A stretch of DNA of 64,000 bases from the human T2T-CHM13v2.0 reference genome, Homo sapiens, in assembly GCF_009914755.1 (NCBI RefSeq), contig NC_060935.1; one strand, given 5' to 3'. The notes under the pieces are model-generated. The model saw only the letters and a list, made by a program, of their open reading frames with translations, was not told where the DNA came from and ran no database searches. The translations under genes and the position numbers were made by a program. Positions within the stretch are counted from its first letter, which is position 1, and each line of letters begins with the position of its first letter. Positions 56,427 through 64,000 of the stretch are shown here, piece after piece.

Positions 56427-58834
56427 TCCTTCCTTTTTCTAGCTACAGAGTTGTCTATTGTGTGGTCAAGCTGCCCCTACTGATGGACATTTGAGTGGTT
56501 TCTAGTTTTTTTACAATTACAAATGATGCTGCCATGAATAGCTTTATGAATCTGTCTTCTCTTATTTTTGCCAAGAGGGGATTGCCAGGGTAAAGGGTAA
56601 ATTCAAATGTAATTTTGCGGCAAAAGTTCCCCTCCAGGTAGGGCTTGCACCATTTTGTTTTCCCACCAGACAATGTACGAGAGGGGCCTCTTTTCCCACA
56701 GTCTCGCCCACAGAGCACGTTCTCAAACTTTTGAGTTTTTGCCAATCTAATAGACTAGAAATGATATCTTGGCTTAGCTTTAATTGGCATTTCTCTGATT
56801 ATGAAGAAGGTTAGACATTTTTCCATATGTTTACATTCTGATTCATGTTTGGGTCCCTAGTGCCCAGCACAGGGCCTGGCACAGGTGAGTCCCTTCTCGA
56901 ATGAAGGAAAGGAGGAACAGATGAACAGACAAGGAGGAAATGAACTTTGGAAGAGGGTCGCTGACTTGCCCAAGGTTGTGTCCAGTTATCACCGGAGTTG
57001 GGAATAGAATTAATCTCTTCTTTTTCTCTATGTCTAATTCATTTTTCCTGATTATAAAAATAAATAGAAGTTCATACTATTAAATAGAAAGTTTGGAAAG
57101 CACAGGAAAGTATAAACATATGAAACATTTTAATCTTTCTACCCTAACTCAATCATTTTCTAGCATTTTTGGATATTTCCTCCCAGATTTTATGCATTTT
57201 TTCCGTTACGATCACACTACATACATGCGTTTGTATTCTGTCCTTTTTCACTTAACACTTCTCCACATTAATAACAATTGTTTGCAAACATAATTTTAAT
57301 GGCTGTACAATTTTTCACTATCTGAATATACATGAATGTATTTACCCTTGCTGTTACTGCTAGACTTCTAGATTGTTTCCAGATTTTTGCTATTATAAAT
57401 AAATTCTGCCATGTTCTTCTTTGTCCACCTTCTGGATATTTGTCTCTCAGGATTAATTCCTGGAAGTGGAGCTCCTGGAATTTCAGCTTTGAGCTCCAAG
57501 TTTGGGGTTTTTCTTGGCCATGCTTGGAGGGGATTGTTTGTAGGAAGCTCTGGCCCTGTGACTTCACAGAGCCCCGGGCCTGGCCTGCTTCTCCACATCT
57601 GTGATGTTCGGTAGAGACTCACTTGCACCCACGTTGAATCAGCAGACGGGCAGAGCAGGGAGCACCAGAGCCTGCTGAGGATGAGGAGTCAGAATCTCTT
57701 ACCTTTTGCCCCCTGGCTCATTCCTAAGGCTAAGGACAGATAACCTGCAACCAACAAGGGGAAACTGCACACGGACAAGGTCAAACCTGGTGGAGGGCGC
57801 AGGGCAGGTAGGAATGCTGAGCAGACGTGGTCTGTGCTTTGTAAGCATTCATGGTGCAGTGGAGCAGATGCTGGGGTCAGACCTTCCCATCCTGCAAAGG
57901 GTTCCATAATGGACCTATACACTGTGCCATCCACAGAAGGAGGGTTCTGGGAAAGCTGCCTGGAGGAGGCAACAACTGAGTTTAGTAGAAGGAATATAGG
58001 TCTTATGTGACAGATGAGGCTGGGGAGTGGTCAGTCATGAGGGGCCCTTTCTGCCAGCCTAAGGATCCTGAATCTTACAGACAATGAAGCAGGGGGATGA
58101 CAGAGTCAGGTCTGCATTAAGAACAATCCTGGCAGCTGTTTGGGAGGCACAATTGCAGATGTGAACTGGAACTTAGAAAGAGGCCACTACCAGTCTAGAG
58201 ACCATGACACCTGAATCAGAGCAGTGGCCATAGAGACAGAAAAGATGGATGAAGACAAGAAACATCGGGGATAAAGTTATGCCAATTTCTGGCCTTCCTG
58301 CAGTTGATGGGGAACAATCCTGGACCAGGACTCAAGATACCTGGGTTCCAGTCCCAGCTCTGTGTGACCTGGGACAGGTCTCTTGCCTGTATCTGGGTCT
58401 GTTTCCACTTTTGTCAGCTCCAAGAGTTCCTATGTTTTGAAAACGCTGTGATCCTAAGGCTGTAAAGGGGCTGAGGTCCTTGGAGGAAAGAGGAGGGGAA
58501 ATAACTGGAGGCTGAGCAGAGGGAACAGCCAGGGCTGGGGTCTTGGAGTCTGGGCTCTCTATCTCCCCGACCCATCAATCTTGCAGCATTAATGCCAGTG
58601 GTATGGCCTGGGTCCAAGCCAGAGGCCAGCTTTAAGGAGGAAGGAATTGTCTCCGCCCCAAGGAACAGAGAAGAAAAAATTCAGAGCTTCCAAAAGCCAC
58701 CAACAAGTCATCAGCTCTGGCAGTGCAGCCAGGGGTTTTGAATCTGCCCTGGTGTGAGCCAGTGGGAGGCAGGGCGGGCCCATTTCCCCCCTCTCTGTAC
58801 ATCAGAGACTGCAAGATGATGATGAAGGGCATGA

Positions 58835-59332
58835 GGATGACTTTGGCTACAAGTAAGGGTAGACCCTACTGCCAACGGCCTAAATAAAGCAAAGAGGCAT
58901 ATCCTGTCACACCACTGCAAGTCCAGAGCAGCTCCTGGTATCATCAAGAATACAGGCTTTACCATGCTCTCTGGTCCTTGACTGGTTCCCCTTCCAGCCT
59001 CATGAGGATGGCTGTCATCCTCCCCGGGGCTGAGGGTGGCTGCCAGTGTCAATGGGGAATCCATGCTTGCATGGCAATGTCCAGTGCGAGACAGCAGGAG
59101 AGGACTTCTCTTCCAATGCAGACCATAAGTTTTTTCCTTAGGTCTGAATGGGATGACTTGGGTCATGTTTCCAATCAATGACAGTCTTTCCAGGAATGGC
59201 ATATCCTGGTTGACTTAGATTAATCGGACTCTAGTGCTAAGCCTGGGGGCAGGTAGAATAGCCAACAGAATTGGGGTTCTGCGAGGAAGGAGGAGAGGAC
59301 CAGATGCTGGGTCAGCAGCTGATGTGTCCACA
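58835..59332 (-). mobile_element. Old MLT1 (J/K/L-like) LTR
   Basis: tttggctacaagtaa..cttgggtcatg..ttggggttctg..aggaagga..gatgctggg. Confidence 0.6.
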
Positions 59333-61960
59333 CAATGATGAGCGTTAGTTGCCCCTCTGCTCATGCGACCCCTGCACAACCTGGGGTCAGCAGGACAGGC
59401 ATCATCTCCAGATCACCAGTGAGGACTCAGGCACAGAGAAATGGAGTGACTTGCTTGGCTCATAGAGTGGGTAAGTGGCACAGCATGAATTAAGAGAAAT
59501 AAATGCCAACCAAGTAGACCTCAAGCTGCCAGCATAAGCCTCTGACCCCATTCCTCCTGTTGCTGTAGGGGGCTGCTGCCTCCTCTGAGCTGCCACAGCC
59601 CCTGCCCACTAGGCCCCAAGGCTGGGGTCGTGGGTTTGAATCCTGGCTTTGAGCTTCTGTGTCCTCCTCTATGACATGGGACCATGAGCCTCACTGCCGA
59701 TGCCTCTTGGTGTAATCGTTGGGGGAGATTACATGAAATGAGATGATGCTTTGCTAATGGTGAAGTGCTATGGAACCACCAGGCTTCCCTACTCCTGGTG
59801 GAAAAGGGCTCATTCCATGGGCCTCATCTGTACCGAGCACTGGCAGAACACAGGAAACAGGTAGCCAGAAGGACCAATGAGATGGCCAGATATGGAATCC
59901 TTCAACTGCAAAGAGCTGATAAGGAGACAAGTCCAGAGAGGGGTGGTGGCCTGCCCAAGGTCGCACAGGATTAGAACCCAGCCCCTTGCTCTCCAGCCCT
60001 GTCCTGCACCAGGCCTCCAGGGTCGAGTGAGGACCATCCCCTGGACTGGGTGGGGATGTGCAGCTGTAACACACTCCGTGCCTGCCGTCACGTCCCCCAG
60101 GTTCTCGGGGGCCATTCTTCAGGGGTTCACTGAGGCGAGGCCACACTTCCCCTCGGGCGGCTTCCTGTTTTGGCCAAACAATGACTCTTGCAGGGACCCG
60201 GTGCCAGCTGGCTGCAGCTGTTGCCAAGGCCTTGACTTCTTGCATACAGAGAGGTGAGAGGTCCCGGCCCCCGGGGTTGTGCTTCTGGCCTCCCTAGGCC
60301 ACAACCCCACACTCAGATGTGGCCTTTGGGTCCCACTGGATTCAGTCAATCCTTCGGGTACTGATCACACACATAAGCACCTTCTGTTTGCCAGGCTGTG
60401 TCAGGGCACCCAGAACACAGAGATACATGAGATGAGAGTTAAGTGAGTCTACAAACTTGTATCCAGTACTCACAAGGAGCAGGGCATTGTACTAGATTCA
60501 GCTGATACAGATACGAACAAGATACACCCTCTAATCTCACCGGCTGATTCATTTGTTTATCCTCCCATTACCCTGTAAAAGCTTGAAGTTCATCACCAGT
60601 CATTTACATGTGCATATGAATTAGTGCAGGCAGCTCTGTTCTGAAGGAAAGTCTCAGGGCATGTGGAGAAAGGATACTAAGGGTGTAGGTAAAAATAATG
60701 GAGATGAAGTTTTTTATGATGACTTTTTTAACAGGTGAGGAAATCAAGATTCAGATATGGAAAGAGACTAACTTAAGGTAAAGTGTGGAGTCAGGACCTT
60801 AATCCAGGTCTTCAGACTCCAGCCTTGAACATCAGAGAGCTTCAAAAAGCAGCCTACCCGATTGAAAGCCCCGCAGGGTCAGAGCTGCTGCATGAGGGGC
60901 TGTGTGTGCATGAGGGTGCTTGCTGCTGTCAAATATGAAGGGGGACTAGATGAAGGGAGGGAGGTCTGGAGTGCCCGCTATGTGTTGGACACATAGGCCT
61001 TGTCATCATTCCCTCTCTGCTGATGAGACATGCAGCTCCACAGAAGAGCCTTCTGGAGCCACTGCTGAGCAGTGCAGTGTGGGGAGACTCATCCAGGTTC
61101 CATGCTGTAAACGTTGTTCTTTCACCCCCAGCCCATCCTGCTCTGTGCCTGGGTTGGCCAACTTCTGTGCATGCATCACTTTTCCGTTAGGTTTGGCCAG
61201 CAGATGCCTTGGTGGTCTGGCCCAGGCTTGTCTGCCCCCACTTCAAGCTGGGGGCAAGGAGAGTTCTGGAGACCAGAGAGGAGAAGAAGCAGAGGTCCTC
61301 CTGTGCATCCAGGAATGGGCCAGGAGGGAGGGAGAGGACCGAGGTCACTAGGTGGACACCTCCCAAGTCTGCTCCAAGCCTGATCTCCCCGTTGAGCACC
61401 ACACACAGACCTCCAGTGTGCTCCAGAGACCTTCGTAACACGGTCCCTTCCTCCCCTACTCCTTGCCCCATGCCCTATCCATCAGGGAAGGGCCCCAGAT
61501 GCCTAGAGTCAGCCCTGACAGTCTCCCTCCCCTGCCTCCAGCCCCTGAGCTTATCAAGCTCTTGCTGAGGCTCAGTGGTCCCATTCTCTAAGCTACGCTG
61601 GACTCTAGCCTTCTCTTCAGGCTATAGCTGCCTCCTTGGTCTGGGTCTTATCTACGCTTAGTTACAACAATGGCCTCCTCACCAGTCTCCCTGACCCCAT
61701 TCTGGCTCCCTTTAATCCATCTTCCACTGGGCAGTCAGTGTGTCTTCCAGAAATACAAATCTAAGTCTCTGTTTTCTGTGCTTAAGTGGAGCCCAAACTG
61801 CGTGATATGCCCCAGGTCTTCCTCTCCAGCTTTACCCCTGAAGCAAAATCCTTGTGATGTTCCGTAATCCATCAGCCTTTGCTGGCTTCTTGCTCCCTGC
61901 TTTAGCCAATTTCAGAATGGCCCCCTTGGAAAGGGGAAATTTCCCACTGGCACCATCACT

Positions 61961-62400
61961 GTCTTGGTTTGAGTTTCTTCAAAAGCCAAGTGCGAGACAA
62001 AGATTTGGGGCAACTAGTTACTGGGGAGGTGATCCCAGGAGGCAGGAGTAAGGGAGTGGGGAGAACACGACAGGAAGGAAGCAAAGCCATTGCTAGGGTG
62101 TGTTTTATCAGTCTCCACAGTGGGCGACAGGGCTGTGTTCCACCAGGACCCCTGAAGCCTACAGAATGCCTTCCAGAATTGCTCATCTGCAGGACTGGAA
62201 ACTGATGATTGATCTGCTGACTCCAGCCCCCACTGGGTAAGGTCCCTGAGACTTCTGGGCTGTAATGCCTGCCCAAGCAAGGTCAGATGGTGCCAAAGAG
62301 CCTGCAGCAGATGCAGAAAGTCACAGCTTGGGTAGGATGCTGGCCATGTGAGGTGAGCCTGGGCTGGCAAGGAAATGTCCACCCCAGCTGCAGCTGATGT
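61961..62400. mobile_element. LTR16-like ERVL LTR
   Basis: tgtcttggtttgagtttc..gagacaaagatttgggg..gggaggtgatcccagg. Confidence 0.65.
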
Positions 62401-62513
62401 GGCATGGGCACTGGAGGCGGCTGCACAGAAACATTCCTTGGTCAGTCAACACACATGGATTGCTGGATCTCAGCTATTCATGAGGTGCCTGGGTTGCTAA
62501 AGAAAAGGCTACA

Positions 62514-62845
62514 GGCTGGGCACAGTGGCTGACGCCTATAATCCCAGCACTTTGGGAGGCTGAGACGGGCAGATTGCTTGAGGCCAGGAGTTCGAGAGCA
62601 GCCTGGCCAACGTGGCAAAATCCCATCTCTACTAAAATTACAAAAATTAGCCGCACATGGTGATGCATGCCTGTAATCCGAGTTACCTCGGGAGGCTGAG
62701 GCACGAGAATTGCTTGAACACAGGAGGTGGAGGTTGCAGTGAGCTGAGATGGCACTGCTGTACTCCAGCCTGGGTAACAGAGTAAGACTGTCTCACAAAA
62801 AAAAAAAAAAAAAAAAAAAGAGGAAAAAAAAAAAGAAGAAGAAGA
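62514..62845 (+). mobile_element. AluS/J
   Basis: Full dimer, long A/GAA tail; TSD-like aa(a/g)aggcta. Confidence 0.9.
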
Positions 62846-63517
62846 GGCTATGCACAAAGTGCCCCTGCGGGACTATGGAATGAACATGGGCTTTGCCATC
62901 AGACTTCCTGGGTTCAGACCCACTTCTGCCGGTACCTTCTGTGGGACCTTGAGCAGGTCACATCACCCTTGAGGCACCTTGAGCCACGGTGTGTAAATAG
63001 GGACTGTAAAATAGAAACAATAATTTCCACCACATAAGGTGTTTAAGAGAATCAAATGTACTTGCAAAAATGAATGCATATGGCAGTGTGATGCTGAATG
63101 CAATTAGTTGTGTCCTCATGAAGCCGGCTGCCCAGGCTTTGCCTCACTCTACTCTCTCGTCTCCTCTTTGCCTTGCTGCACTGCTTTATCTTGTGTTGCC
63201 TAGCAGCCCTGGCCTCCTGTGGGCAGTGCTGGTTTTGCCCTGCCCAGCTTTGGGGCTAGCACATCAGCAATCCCCTCCCTGACTCTCCTATCCAGAATAG
63301 AAATCGATTTTGTGGAAACACAGAATAAAGAGCTGGCATGGCATACCACATAGCAGTGACGTGTGTTTTTAAATCCTTATGAACTGTTTCTGTCTCCCCT
63401 AGATCCCTCTTCTGACACAGCTGCCTTTCTCACAGAGGAAAATGTAGCTTGAACCCAACACCCCATTTTATTCTTCCACACTCATCCCTGCCGTTTGGGT
63501 TCTGGGCTGTCCCCATC

Positions 63518-63885
63518 TGTTATGGGTTAACTTTTGTCCCCCCCAAAAACTCATATGTTGAAGTCCTAACCCTCAGTACCTCAGAATGTGACCTTGTTCG
63601 GAAACAGGGTTACTGCAGATGCTATGAGGCTACACTGAAGTAGGGTGGGAATTAATTCCAATATGACTAGTGTCCTTGTAAAAAGGGGACATGTGGGCAC
63701 ACAGACATATATACAGGGAGAACGCCATGTGAAGACTGAAGTTATGCTGCCACAGGTCCAGGAGCCACCAGAACTCGAAGACAGGCCTAGACAGATCCCT
63801 CCCCAGAGCCTTCAGAGGGAGCACGGCCCTGCTGATGTCTTGATCTTGAACTTCCAGCCTTCAGAACTGCGAGGCAATAGATTTC
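63518..63885 (+). mobile_element. MLT1B-like LTR, interrupted by an Alu
   Basis: tgttatgggtt..tcatatgttgaagtcctaaccctcagtacctcagaatgtgacc..gagccttcagagggagcacggccc. Confidence 0.85.
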
Positions 63886-64000
63886 TTTTTTTTTGAGACA
63901 GAGTATCACTCTGTCTCCCAGGCTGGAGTGCAGTAGTGCGATCTCGACTCACTGCAACCTCCGCCTCCCAGATTCAAGTGATTATACTGCCTCAGCCTCC
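63886..64000 (-). mobile_element. Alu (continues beyond the window)
   Basis: poly-T then gagacagag..ccaggctggagtgcag. Confidence 0.88.

Overview
Hominid (most likely human) non-coding genomic DNA, dense in interspersed repeats. Two SVA elements and AluY imply a hominid genome. I recognise no intact protein-coding exon, RNA gene or CRISPR array. The ORF track is explained by repeat-derived or chance frames, except degenerate L1 ORF2 pieces. Content: about 20 Alu/FLAM copies, a full-length antisense SVA inside an Alu, and a 5'-truncated sense SVA carrying a ~620-bp 3' transduction. There is also a 2.6-kb L1PA, old L1M remnants, solo LTRs (LTR12C-like, MER50-like, MST, MLT1, MLT2, LTR16-like), hAT fossils and many MIR/L2 fragments. 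The most unusual structures are: (1) a 247-bp Alu-tail + nucleolin (NCL) RRM3 insertion between perfect 12-bp direct repeats, with no 3' poly(A); (2) the SVA 3' transduction with a weakened poly(A) signal; (3) a 7 x 67-bp minisatellite built from an LTR terminus plus flank, next to two LTRs that share one target pentamer. I found no evidence for a wholly new biological system. Repeat subfamily names come from my recall of consensus sequences and need RepeatMasker/Dfam confirmation. Boundaries of old repeats are approximate.
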